From Catajapyx aquilonaris (taxonomy: Eukaryota), in the NCBI GenBank assembly GCA_000934665.2, contig JYFJ02004063.1, positions 1 through 35,159 of the forward strand: a DNA stretch of 35,159 bases, written 5' to 3'. Shown piece by piece: positions 1 to 10,955 of the stretch (its first letter is position 1; each line of letters starts with the position of its first letter). A program made the position numbers and the translations under genes. Below the pieces are notes generated by a model. The model was not told where the DNA came from, ran no database searches, and saw only the letters and a program-made list of their open reading frames with translations.

Positions 1-1717
1 GGAAGCAGGTGTTCGAGAACAATGGATTAGACCGGAAGTGAGCTGTCAACGAGTGATTGATGATCCATTGTCTCAAAACGCCCAATATATATCTACTAAC
101 ATCCCTCTTGACATACGAAGAACTAGAGGAATTGAGGGAATAATAGTTGACACATACGAATTATAGGTACAGTACATTATATTAAACCTGAGTGAAATAT
201 TCACAACATGGCTTGGTTATGAGTCATACAGTGAAATTCCTAATAATTTGACACTAATTTTTATTTTTAAGTATCTGAATGCGTAAGAAATATCGCACAG
301 AACATTGTTCAGTAGAAAAAAATATCATCGTTGACCAGTGTAAATGTATCAATTATATATAAAAATAATTACAGACCTTGCTCTGCTGTTCAGTAGCATG
401 CCTGCACAAGAAGTGTGTGGCCCTGTGTGCACTCTGCACTGCAGTGACCCTCGGCCTCGACCAGAAGTCGAGATTACTAATTGAAGGAACCTGTGATGTC
501 CCCCCCTTTCGTCCCAAAATTCCCCCCCCCCTCCCCCCTTCAACCTCCTGTGGGGGAAGTGGGCTCCAGACTGGGACCCCCTCCCAAGTATATCCGGTCT
601 CGGTACAGAAAGAGGGCGGGAGCCACAAAACTAACACTTTCAAAATCGCCTCGAAACTCAAAAAGTAAAGGTTTTTCTCAAAAAAAGGTAGGCAGAAAGG
701 CCCCTCCTTGGAACATTGCGGTTCTAATGAAGCATTGTATGACCCTCTACGACGCACCGTTTAGGCTGTACCCCTGTCGAAGTAACGACACATTTTTGAA
801 CTTTGACCCCGGCTAATGACCCCGGTAATGGCCCTAGATGTTGTTATCTATCTAAAGTTTGAAACTGTAGTGAGCGGAGTGTAAATCTTGTTTCCGATTT
901 GAAATCGATTAACCCGATCGCGAGTTAGGAAGTCAGGAAATTAGCATTGGGATCGTAGCTATTCCCTACTATTCGTTTGTGGCGGGCGCCGCTTCGCGGT
1001 GCAACCGGCAGGTGGAGTTGCCGGGAGGGAGGAAGAATAGAAAAACACGTCGTAGCCAATGTATGGCAAATTCACGTCGGTAGTTAAGTGTTAAGAGCCA
1101 TCAAGCCTGGACAGTCTGTCTTTACTTGTATGCAAGCAAGTGCATGGCCAAATCTTTGCCTTTGATAATCTTGATATTGTTTTTTGGACTTGGTGGAGGT
1201 CTCCTTCATGCCCATGACATGAAATGAATCTACTTCCTCTTGAGTTCACATTACACACACACTACCACCAAGTAGTGGCGTCTAGTAAAATCACATGGTA
1301 ACACATATAACCTGTCGAATTTTGCTAGTATGGGAGGTGGGCATGTAAAGGCTATCCATTATGGCCACCCACTTTAGCCACCTACACCAAGCCTGATCTG
1401 ACAAGATTATCCGCTCAAGGCAGAATTAAAGAGCTCTGATGTGTGCTTGCAAGGAGTAAGTAACTTGAAGTTCTATCATATGATGGATTTATTGCAGTCA
1501 GATTGGAATTCTATGGACTTTAGCAGTTTAGTCAGACTGAGTCCTGACACTTCCTGCAGTGAGTGTGGTCTTCAGAGCCTCCGCAGACTATTCCAGAAGT
1601 CCAAGCCACCTCTTCATCATGCACCATGTATCATTTATTAGACTCGCTGCTGCCAACTAGAAGTTTGCTTCTTCCCTGAAGCTGACAATGTACCATTTAA
1701 AATGTTTGTACAGTATA

Positions 1718-2565
1718 CAGGGTGAAGGGACACTCGCAGATAATCGCCAGGTAGACTGATAGTACTCGCAAAACTAATGTAGGGATGTGCAATTAGTTTT
1801 GGCCGCCGTTGCACAGTTAATGCGTACAGAGCCTTCAAAGCTTTGTGATGTCACATCCGCTCCACCCGTTTCAAAAAGGAAAACTCAGCTGGAGGACCTC
1901 CGAATAATCCGGCCTTGGTCCTCTAACTCATCGTCCATGTGCAATAGGTGATCAAATCCTGTCAGAGTAAGAATCCGGGTACAACCACAACATCCCCGCA
2001 CATGTCATTTTTTATCTCATATTCTACCATCCGGCACTCTACACTTTAAGGGCGCCATACATATTAACTACGCAATGGAGCCAAAAACTAATTATAATAA
2101 TATTAATAATAATATAATAATATAATATAATAATAATAATTGGGTTTAGTGTACCACCCTTCTTGGGCATCTGGCACGGTACCTTTATTATGCTTCAGAT
2201 GTACAAGCTTTACAAGGGGTCCTTTTCCATAACGCCCGGGTACCGCGAGCGAAGGGGGGATGAGTAGGAGGGATGTGCAATGTGCAGTGCAATGTCTTAA
2301 ACGTGGTACATTTTGTGAGCTCCCCCGGGTGGTTAGTCTCAAGGAATCCCACCCGAGGCGAAGCCAGAGATGACCCCAACTCTGCACGAGATGAAGGGGG
2401 GGATGCCCAGGCTTGGAATCGAACCGGAACCTGGAACCCTTACATCCGTGGGCGCATACGTTACCGCAGCGCCACTTCGCCTCCCTATGCCAAAAACAAA
2501 TTGCACATCCCTTATTAGTTTTGCGAGTACTATCAGTCTACCTGGCGATTGTCCGCAAGTTGTAC
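1718..2565. mobile_element. Tc1/mariner-type MITE with long inverted repeats, hosting a SINE
   Basis: TA-CAGGGTGA start; 1735-1803 is the reverse complement of 2489-2558; right terminus eroded. Confidence 0.6.
2094..2488 (-). mobile_element. tRNA-derived SINE, family B
   Basis: Head GGGAGGCGAAGTGGCGCTGCGGTAACG with B-box-like GGTTCGATTCC, (ATT)n tail, TSD-like GCCAAAAAC on both sides; homologous to copies at 17971, 29186 and 31782. Confidence 0.85.
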
Positions 2566-3011
2566 CTGGCCAAGTGGAGATTTCATGCAATGGCACGTCC
2601 AGATTCACCTCTTTCAGGAGCCTTTTGTATGGTTTCACAAAGATCAAGGTCAACAGTCTTGTCACTTCCCATTTTGTCATATATTCTTTTCTAGCTTCAA
2701 GGTCTTTTGTATGCCAATACAAAATTGACATAAGAGCAATTCCACAATAATGTCAACATGACAGGGATGGAAAAAAGCTTATCGTAGGAGAAAATTCTAT
2801 TTGCACGTTGAAAGGACATAGTTCAAATCTAACTTCAGTACATAGACATGCTTATTTCGTACATGTGTACAGGTGTGGAGACAAAGTACACATGTGACTG
2901 ATTTTGCATGGGTGCACAAGCTCCCTGAGGAATCACGTAAAGAAACGGTTCCGACAATTTGCACATGGGTTAATAGTGAAAAAAGGTGCAATTTCATTTC
3001 CAAAAAAAAAC

Positions 3012-3425
3012 CAGTAAAACTTCTATAAGTCGAACTTCCCTAAGTCGAAGTTCTCTATAAGTCGAAGAAAATTATGAGCTTGGTTGGTCACAATGTAAAA
3101 GAATAGGAAATAAACTTCCCTCACTCGAATTTCTATAACTCTAAGTGCTCCATAACTCGAAGTGCAGGCAGGGCCTTACGATGGGATATCAATGCATTTT
3201 CAGTCTCCCTAAGTCCAAGTTCATGTTGGCGAGTACGGAAAATTTTCTCATTTCCCAGCCGAAGGGTCGAGAGTAGGCCACATGTACAGATTATTGATAG
3301 TGATAGTTATTTTTAAGTTATGAACACCTTTCGCCGCTGGATATAAAGGTAGGCTTCCTTATTGAGTTATGTGCTTTAAAAAAGCCAAACTTCTCTAACT
3401 CGAATCTTCTATAACTCGAAGTTTA
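3012..3425. mobile_element. Tigger/pogo-like element fragment
   Basis: CAGTAAAAC start followed by repeated CTATAAGTCGAA/CTATAACTCGAA subterminal units; no right end seen. Confidence 0.55.
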
Positions 3426-3856
3426 TAGTAAAAATAACATTTAATGTAACCTGTTAACTTCACCAAATCATATTACAACATATACTGGGTTGATAATGTT
3501 TAATATGATATGTATGCCCATACACAGTACTTCGAATTGACTTGAAAAGGCTATTAAGTAATGTGTTGTTACACCTGTGTGCAACCTATAATGCCTGTAA
3601 ATTAGCAGGAACATTAGCTCATTGTTGGCGAACTATGACTGCAATTGCTCTATGAGTCAATTCGTTCTATGAACACACTGTTCTTGCAATGGCCCCTGCA
3701 GAAGTAAGGGTCGTAACTATACATAAGTCACAGGAATGTCATATAATGTAAACCGACATACCGGCTCTGCTACTTGCGGTAACAACCCAATCCAATGCGA
3801 CTGATTTTAACAGGTTGACCCTACAACTCCGGTACACACAATATCTTGAAATAAGG

Positions 3857-4147
3857 ACCGAAGCAGTAGTGGTGTAGTGGTATGGTGTCCGACTGCTAAT
3901 CGGGAGGTCCTGGGTTCGAATCCCGGAGGCCGGCGACCCTGATCATGGTTTTCTGTGGTTTCCCATGGTCATCGCAGGATAATTCCGGGGTCGTTACCGT
4001 AATTATAGGCCACAGCCGCTTCCTTCCTTACCTATCCTTGCCTCAATTCCGATGAAAAAGTATAGTAAAGATGGAAAGAGTTCCAGACAAAAAAATTGGG
4101 AGAAATCCCCCCCTAATAAAGCCTAAAGGGCTGATAATGGGGTATCA

Positions 4148-4190
<43 letters not shown>

Positions 4191-4207
4191 ATTATTATTA
4201 TTATTAT
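3857..4207 (+). mobile_element. tRNA-derived SINE, family C (tRNA-Ser GCT-like head)
   Basis: A-box, CCGA-CTGCTAA-TCGG anticodon arm, GGTTCGAATCC, (ATT)n tail, 15-bp TSD TATCTTGAAATAAGG. Confidence 0.9.
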
Positions 4208-4584
4208 TATCTTGAAATAAGGCAGAGGGAAATCAATACACCTTACTTAGTCTGGAATCTCCCTTTATCAGCCCAACGGCTTTTCTGTAATCTGAGAAAT
4301 GTGTCCGAGCATTTGGTTTACGGGTGTTAAGATTGATTTTAGTTTACCAGGGAGATGCCAATTATGTAACCTGGATGAACCTTTCTCGTTGCACCATGCC
4401 CTAATGGTGTGCAGACAAACAAAACAGCTATGTAGCTATGTATCTGCAGACATTTCCATCCGTTCTGCCAGGTAGACTGCACTGGCTATTGGCAAATTTG
4501 ACAAAAGATACAGCTTTTGCGCTCATTCACTTTTTTTCTGGATTGCTGAGTGTATTTGACCTATGTGCATTGTGAGTGTAAATA

Positions 4585-4792
4585 CAGGGTGTCTAAACTT
4601 TTTTGTCTGAACAGTTATCGGGAAAGCCTACGTATCTTCTAGCTATGTAGCTAGAATATGCCCTAACATTCCTGGCACATCCCTCAACAGTTGAGGGATG
4701 TGCCAGGAATGTTGGGCATATTCTGGCTACATAGCTAGAAGATACGTAGGCTTTCCCGATAACTGTTCAGACAAAAAAGTTTAGACACCCTG
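4585..4792. mobile_element. Palindromic Tc1/mariner-type MITE
   Basis: TA|CAGGGTGTC...GACACCCTG|TA; arms of ~103 bp are almost perfectly complementary around a 1-nt centre. Confidence 0.9.
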
Positions 4793-5151
4793 TATTCATG
4801 TTTGTATTATGCTGCTGGGGGAGGTCCCCCGAAAAGCCCTCCAGGGCTATCACGGGGTAAAAACAATAAAAAATTAAATAAAAATAAAAATATAATGTAA
4901 ACCCCCTTCCTAGGGTGTTCAAATCATATAACATCCGTAATGCGCACAATAACCCGGATGTCCCTCTTGTGTGCATAATGTAGGAGGTTGGTGTATGGTG
5001 TATATGAAAGTACACATCCTGATTGTTCCTCTGGACATACCCATTACATCCTCACTTGCACGTACCATCGTGAACACAGCCATCTTTCTCCCATTTTGCC
5101 TGTTTTGGTTTTAAGGTCCCATTGACCTTAGTTGCTCTCGCCCGCCAGAGT

Positions 5152-5855
5152 GGGGTTGCCGATTAGGGCTGCTGCAAACGTGGGGATTCAGGAGGGGAAA
5201 GTTGCGTGAGCGTGCGAGCTTCTCCCAAATGTCTTCCATGTGAGAAATCTGGACGTGCTGGTTGTTCTCTCCTGGCGCATGCGCTGTATGCTTTCCTGGA
5301 TGGATTCACGGGCAACAAGCTGCTCACGAATCCTCATGTTTGCGGCGGCCCTTAGGTGCTGGTGTTTCTCCACAGTTCCTAAGGTGGTTCCTGCGAACAA
5401 CTCTTTGCATTGTGGGGAAGGTGTGGCAGCCGAGATGGTAACGTCTCGGCTTGCTGAGTGAAAGGTCCCAGGTTCAATCCCCGCCTGTGAGTTCCCTTTC
5501 ACCTCTCTCTGACCCGTGCCTTGGAGGTGTCTGGCAACCGGACCTCCTGGGGAACAGCACATGACCCCTTCACAGACATTGCACTTGTACCCATGTTCCC
5601 TCCCCCCCAAAAACCCCTATCCTTACCCGATGTCCCTGTTTCCTTGTATCAGAGAGAGAAGAAAAGTTGCAAAAACACTAGAAAACTGATGGTGGTATGC
5701 CACCCCCCTATAACAGCTTACAGTTGTATCATGGGGTAAAATATATATTTTTTCAACTCTTTGCATTGCAGCTGGATCTGGAGCACATTTGCAGAGTTGT
5801 CCGCAGGAAGCACTTTAGAACTGTGGAGCGACACAAGCACCTAATCGGCAACCCC
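5152..5855. mobile_element. Foldback/MITE-like element interrupted by a SINE
   Basis: Termini GGGGTTGCCGATTAGG and CCTAATCGGCAACCCC; internal inverted repeat 5352-5404 vs 5792-5844; no clear TSD. Confidence 0.55.
5413..5753 (+). mobile_element. tRNA-derived SINE, family A
   Basis: Head GCCGAGATGGTAACGTCTCGGC...GGTTCAATCC; 15-bp TSD CAACTCTTTGCATTG. Confidence 0.9.
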
Positions 5856-6484
5856 TCCAGGTGGCTACAGGTGGCTGAGCTAAGCTCACAGGGCTTGGAA
5901 TTTGATAGTAGAAGCTATTCTTAGCCACCCATGAAAATGAGGGCCACTCTCTCACTGTGGTTACTCTTCAAGGAGCAGAACTGTCACACCAATTTCAGAC
6001 AATCATAGGCTAGGCTACTATGAATACGCTTCAGATGGAAAAAAATTTGAGAGTCATGAAGAGGGTATCCCCGTTTCCATCCTTTCACTAGCTGTGCCTC
6101 ACAGTAAATCTAGGAAACTACCCTTCTGCAGTTTCTGCAACTTTCCACATGGTGCTAATTGTCCAAGATTGAAAATTTGTACACTACTTCCATATGATTT
6201 GGGAAAGGAGTTGCCAAATCTATTATTTATGACTAGAGAATGGATTTCCAGGTTTTTACCTACTTTTTATTTTGTAGGCAGAACACCAGAACCAAAATAT
6301 CTATCTGTTTCATAACACAAGGACTTCAAAAATCATAGTTTTATGGAACATAAAATAGCCTATTTTTGGCATTGGGACCTAAATGGCCTATTACCACGTA
6401 TTTACACATTTTTGACACCATTCTGTAATATTTGCGAGAATTTTTGCGGGTTTTCCCTTCAAGGCATCCCTCCTGCTTCAACGT

Positions 6485-6580
6485 GCGAAGGGTGAAGAAG
6501 CTGTAGGCATTCTAGATGAACTGGCAGCAGAACAAATTTCACTTTTCAAGTATGATCCAGTTACTTCATGTGACGTCGAA
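6485..6580 (+). pseudogene. Relic of a hAT (CGGBP/hAT19-like) transposase C-terminus, in a deleted element of about 6310-7115
   Basis: Translates as AKGEEAVGILDELAAEQISLFKYDPVTSCDVE, resembling the FKYAPxTSCDVERSFS motif around the catalytic Glu. Flanked by CCTA/TAGG-rich subterminal-like sequence. Confidence 0.65.
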
Positions 6581-6703
6581 ATGTATTGCCAGACAGGTGT
6601 CACCAAATAACTGCAATTAACCAACGAAAATATAAAACAACTGCCAGTTTGTTATTGTGCTGCAAATTTCCATGGCCAAGCGTAGGCTGTATAGAAATGA
6701 AAA

Positions 6704-6977
6704 ACCGAAGCAGGTTGGCATAGTGGATAAGGCGTCCGACTGCTAATCGGGAGGTGCTGGGTTCGAATCCCGGGGCCGGCAACTCTGACCGTGGTTTTCT
6801 GTGGTTTCCCACGGTCCTTCCAGGAAAATTCCGGAGTTGCTTCCGTAATTAATAGGCCACAGCCGCTTCCTTCCGTCCCTATCCTATCCCAACGAGCGCA
6901 GTAAAATGAAAGGCAAAGAGTTCCAGACAAAACAAACTTCCCCCCCAAAGAGCCGATGGCTGATAACGGGGTATGAA
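6704..6977 (+). mobile_element. SINE family C
   Basis: Near-identical to the 32151 copy; 14-bp TSD TATAGAAATGAAAA. Confidence 0.9.
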
Positions 6978-7632
6978 TATAGAAATGAAAATAAATTAGG
7001 ACCTGCTTGATTTTTACTGCTTATTAAGAGCCTAGTTTAACTGCTTTCAGGGCCTAAATTCCTACCTATTAGAGGGTTTTTTAGAACCTAAAAATACGTT
7101 CATTATTTATGACCATGCTATGGCCTACCCCACTACGACACCATGTTGCCCATAATGTTGGATCATAATGCCTCATTCCAATGCTCAGGGCCTGCATCTG
7201 GGTGCTCGAATTATTTAAACATAAGCATTGGTGGTCGCTTTGGGACCTCATTGGCAACAGCCTTGCCATAACCATATAATGTGCTTGTAGGCCTACATAT
7301 GCCAAGCTTGCTCATGTCCTACGAGTTCACGTGGCACTGGCAGACTAATCTTCGTTCATGGAGGGAGTAAATCTTTAGGTGCTGTAATAATTTAGTGACT
7401 GCATTGATTTTAATTAAATAGTCACATCTTTGCATATCACAGCTGTCTGTTGCATCCAAAGGGTCAGTTTATCAAAGCAAATTAGAGGAGAGCTCTTATT
7501 ACATATTGGTACTCACAATACATATGGTAATCAAATATGTCCTAAATTTGTGCTGATGCGAATAGCCCTAAACGTGTACCACTATAACTTCATCACCACA
7601 TGCACACCCAACACAGCTTGGTCAGCACTAAC

Positions 7633-7842
7633 CTCCGGGTGCTCTTCCTCCACAGCTCCTTCTTGTGGTGCTGCGGGAGTCACAGGCTTCTGCCACCTTT
7701 CTTTTTCCTTCTTTGCCTTATCAGTAATGGCTTTCTTCCCACTTTCTTCGAGCTTTTTCGCCACTTGATCCGAAGTGGCGAATTTCTTTCCTTTGGCTTT
7801 CTTCTTGTCTTTTTTGGCGAAGAAGTCATCTAGGTCGGCCAT
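7633..7842 (-). CDS. CDV3: CDV3 homologue, first coding exon (70 codons); later exons not found in window
   Basis: Translates as MADLDDFFAKKDKKKAKGKKFATSD...HPE, the characteristic CDV3 N-terminus. GCC-ATG-G Kozak context. Phase-0 donor GAG|GTTAGT at 7632. Confidence 0.9.
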
Positions 7843-7939
7843 GGCGACTCCTATACTTACCGAAGAGACAGAAGAGGAAAAGACTTTCAGGGAGGAGATC
7901 CGCAACACATGTGTTACACCATGACCCGAATACTCGCCC

Positions 7940-7990
7940 GAATAAGGCGACTTCCGGTTCCGATGCAATGTGTGGCGTTGCCAACAGATA
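7940..7990 (-). promoter_or_regulatory. Putative CDV3 proximal promoter
   Basis: ETS-type CCGGAAGT on the minus strand (7950-7957) and an RFX-like GTTGCCAAC (7977-7985) about 110-140 bp upstream of the ATG, at a boundary between CpG-rich and AT-rich sequence. Confidence 0.5.
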
Positions 7991-8581
7991 TTTGATATCT
8001 AATTAGTTTTAAATAATAGCGCACTGATTAAGTAGGTGTGTAAAATGTATCAATAGAAAAAAATATTTATTAACATAAACTTTGTTGCCTACATAAGTTT
8101 ACATCTAAATCTGTATAACACACGGGCATGACGGGCATAACCGTATATTAACTTATTCTTTTCGTTTCAAATATTTTCTAATACTTATATCAATTATTTC
8201 TAATGTCCTGGATGTTAAAATTAGAAGTTGAATTTCACTGAAAAGGCATGAACAGGGGTAGCCAACAGATGCTAAGCGTCACCAACAATGACATGGACAA
8301 AATAGACCGCTTACCCATTGCCGCTAGCCCGCTAGCCCCATCAACCTGAAGTCGAAAAATTCTTTGGCCACACGGGGCCGCCATGACACTCCTGGGAAAA
8401 ACAGAGTTCGTGTGGTTGCTTGTATCATACCCAGCCTGCCGAGGTATTTTGCAGCGGGTGCTCACCTGAGAGCGCCATGAGACATTTCGGGGCCCAGGTA
8501 AGTAGCGACCCTACCGGACTAGGCTGAACTTTATAGGTACGAAAAGGGAGGGCTACATTGGGGAGCCCAACATGGCCAACA

Positions 8582-9057
8582 TGTTGATTACATTAGGTTG
8601 TTAAGGGGATGGAGCCTAACTGCCTAAGGTAGATCACGTGGGCTGATAATGATGTGCTTCCACCTGACGGTAGTGACACCAAGAGCTAATAACTCATAAC
8701 CAAAGAGTTCTGCTATATTATATACACACCTAGAGGAGGTACTCGGCCTGAAATGTGAGGCAGGCAACAATGCAGGCAACAATATGACCTTCAACAAGAT
8801 GGCGGACGCCTGACATTATTGAACTAATTGTCGCCCAGTTGTCATTATTGGTTGTTGTCCCAGTTGCTAGACAACTGTTAGACGAACAACAACATGACCT
8901 TCAACAAGATGGCGGCTGCCTCAGCCTGTCTAATGGAAAAGGATAGGGAGTACCTCCTCTAGGTATTATATTATATAATAGCAGAACTCTTTGCTCATAA
9001 CAGAAACAACCCATTGTCCATTTGTTCCATCCCCTTAACAACCAAATGTAATCAACA
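8582..9057. mobile_element. Outer MITE
   Basis: ~32-bp TIR TGTTGATTACATT(A/T)GGTTGTTAAGGGGATGGA at both ends; TSD unclear. Confidence 0.7.
8701..8993. mobile_element. Nested MITE with 8-bp TSD (P-element-like)
   Basis: TIR CAAAGAGTTCTGCTA-(TA-rich)-ACCTAGAGGAGGTACTC; perfect TSD CTCATAAC at 8693-8700 and 8994-9001. Confidence 0.85.
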
Positions 9058-9707
9058 AACTTATCCTATAGTAACACACACTGTTGCCGTTCTACCTCCG
9101 ATCGGCAGACCTGGTTTCGGGGGCCGTGGAGGGGGTCTAGTTTAGCCCAGTTTTATGCCATGAAAACTGCCCAAATGGGTCCAAAATGGGTCAGCACGGA
9201 GATAAACGGTAGGGTCGTACATTCCAATACGCCAAATTCAAATGACCGGCTCCGTTGCGACGCCCCTGTGACGTCAATTCCAAAATGTGTTTCCCATTGA
9301 CGATCGATTACTTATAGGCCGATTAGAACCGTTCCATGGAAGAAGCGCCAGCTCTTTCTCCGGACGATGCAAAAAACCGCGTGTCCGTATCTCAAACAGC
9401 GCGCCAGGATTCGTCGAACGAAGACGAGTCAGCGCGCCCGATTTCGGCTCGCTGCCGCCTAGAAAGTGGCGGGAAACCTAACGACCTTATTCCAGCCCGA
9501 AGCCCCGAAATCTAGCGTGACTGTGCCGAGAGTAGCGCCAGTGTGCCATTGGTCCTTATGAAGCCCGCAAAAATAGGTTCTACTGTATAATTGGCGTTCG
9601 ATGCAAATTTTGTTCCAATGGGTCACTCCCAATCGGAAAATCATATCAATTTATTAAGAGCTGGGAAAGCGCCTAATACTTGTATTATCAGCCAGTACGT
9701 TCGCTAA

Positions 9708-9862
9708 AGGGGCGTTCAGACGAGGCAACCTGGTTGAATGCAACCTGAAATACACGGAGAGAATAGGAAGTTGCAGCAACCCAAAAAATGCTGCAACTTT
9801 TCTGCAACCGGGGGCTGCAACCAAGGTTCCTATTCTCTCCGTGTATTTCAGATTGCAGGTTG
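9708..9862. repeat. Palindromic MITE fragment (Harbinger-like start)
   Basis: 31-bp inverted repeat 9739-9769 vs 9827-9857 with internal TGCAAC repeats; begins GGGGCGTTCAGAC. Confidence 0.6.
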
Positions 9863-9869
9863 TTTTACT

Positions 9870-10290
9870 TAACAAAACTGAGACCCAGTTAAAAACTCAA
9901 CTACTATAACAAGTCTGGACCACAACCACAGATATAATAATCGCTACAAATTGATCAAACATAACCACAGAGGCGTATTTTACGTATGGCCTGCCCCTCT
10001 ACTTACAACGAATGCTGATAAATTTAAGAAATGGCTCGAAATACCTCCCCATTAACCTGGCATAACATGGTGTAACCTGAATGTCTCTTGAACCTCATAT
10101 CATCTGATGTTTGAGTGCCCTATATATTTATTACCCCCCGCAAAATATATCTCCACATGATCTCCACACACTTTATGTTCTCCCTCCAGACTTATCATCA
10201 TTTGTTTTTGATAACTTAACTAAACAACATATCACCCTACTTTTTTCCCTTTTTTCCAATGTCTCTAAACGTATTCAATAACACTGATCT
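9870..10290 (+). mobile_element. Degenerate LINE 3' coding relic
   Basis: Peptides HLMFECPIY and FVFDNLTKQHITLLFSLF parallel HHFIFECPVF and WSFANITKDQAFNVFFLF of the LINE fragment at 31262-32500. Confidence 0.55.
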
Positions 10291-10955
10291 GCATTTTGTG
10301 ACTTTTTTCTGTTGTTTTGAAATAAACAGGTGTATCTGATCTGAACCGATTTTCTCTGCAGATTACGAAAATGACATTGAAAATCTCCTACCACGTCAAG
10401 TTTCGAGTGTCATAAATTCACGTGGGTATGTCCACATGTCCAGCGCGTGACGTGGATGGAGTTGACCTACAGCAACGTCCTTACATCACATTGTTGTGAC
10501 ACTCATCCTTGTTACTACCACCAAGTTTGATTTCGATTGCATCATTCCACTGGGAGTTATGCACCTCAGAAGGTGTAAAGGTGCATTCACATATCCGCGA
10601 TCTCGTGCCCAGCGACCGATTCGGTGCCCCGTCGCTGTCGCCGGAGCGTTCACGTATCCACGACGCGGTGCCCCCAGCGACGGAGTTCCCGTCCAGCGAC
10701 CGTTTTGGTGCCCGTCGCCAGGATCTGCTAGATCCAGATACCTGCGACGGCAGACACACGGTCGCTGGCGACAAAAGTCACGTGTCTTGTGCCAGGCCTT
10801 GCATCATCCTTGCATGGGCCGGCTTGGGCTCTGCAGTTGGGTCATTGGACCGCCATCTTTGATATAGGCTCCATTATTTTAAAACCTTAAATTATTTTAT
10901 AATTGAACCTCGGAATCGGAAAACAGGTTAAGTGGACTAGAAAATGACTTGGCAC

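Noticed and set aside
1638..1676. GKKQTSSWQQRV* as the CDV3 terminal exon
   Set aside because: The conserved internal CDV3 exons (EW.EF/DYSGLKI and FP.L-type motifs) were not found between 7632 and this position.
3020..3420. CRISPR-like short repeats (also 25226-25567 and 10590-10720)
   Set aside because: Irregular spacing, no unique equal-length spacers, no cas genes and a eukaryotic context; these are better explained as TE subterminal or internal repeats.
3859..3930. tRNA-Ser(GCT)-like gene (also at 6706 and 32153; other tRNA-like heads at 5414, 29186, 30475, 31216)
   Set aside because: Each continues into a shared non-tRNA body and tail and is flanked by a TSD, so these are SINE heads and not tRNA genes.
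7843..7968. 41-aa N-terminal extension of CDV3 in the ORF track
   Set aside because: It starts at a non-ATG codon in the promoter/leader; the conserved protein begins at MADLDDFF.
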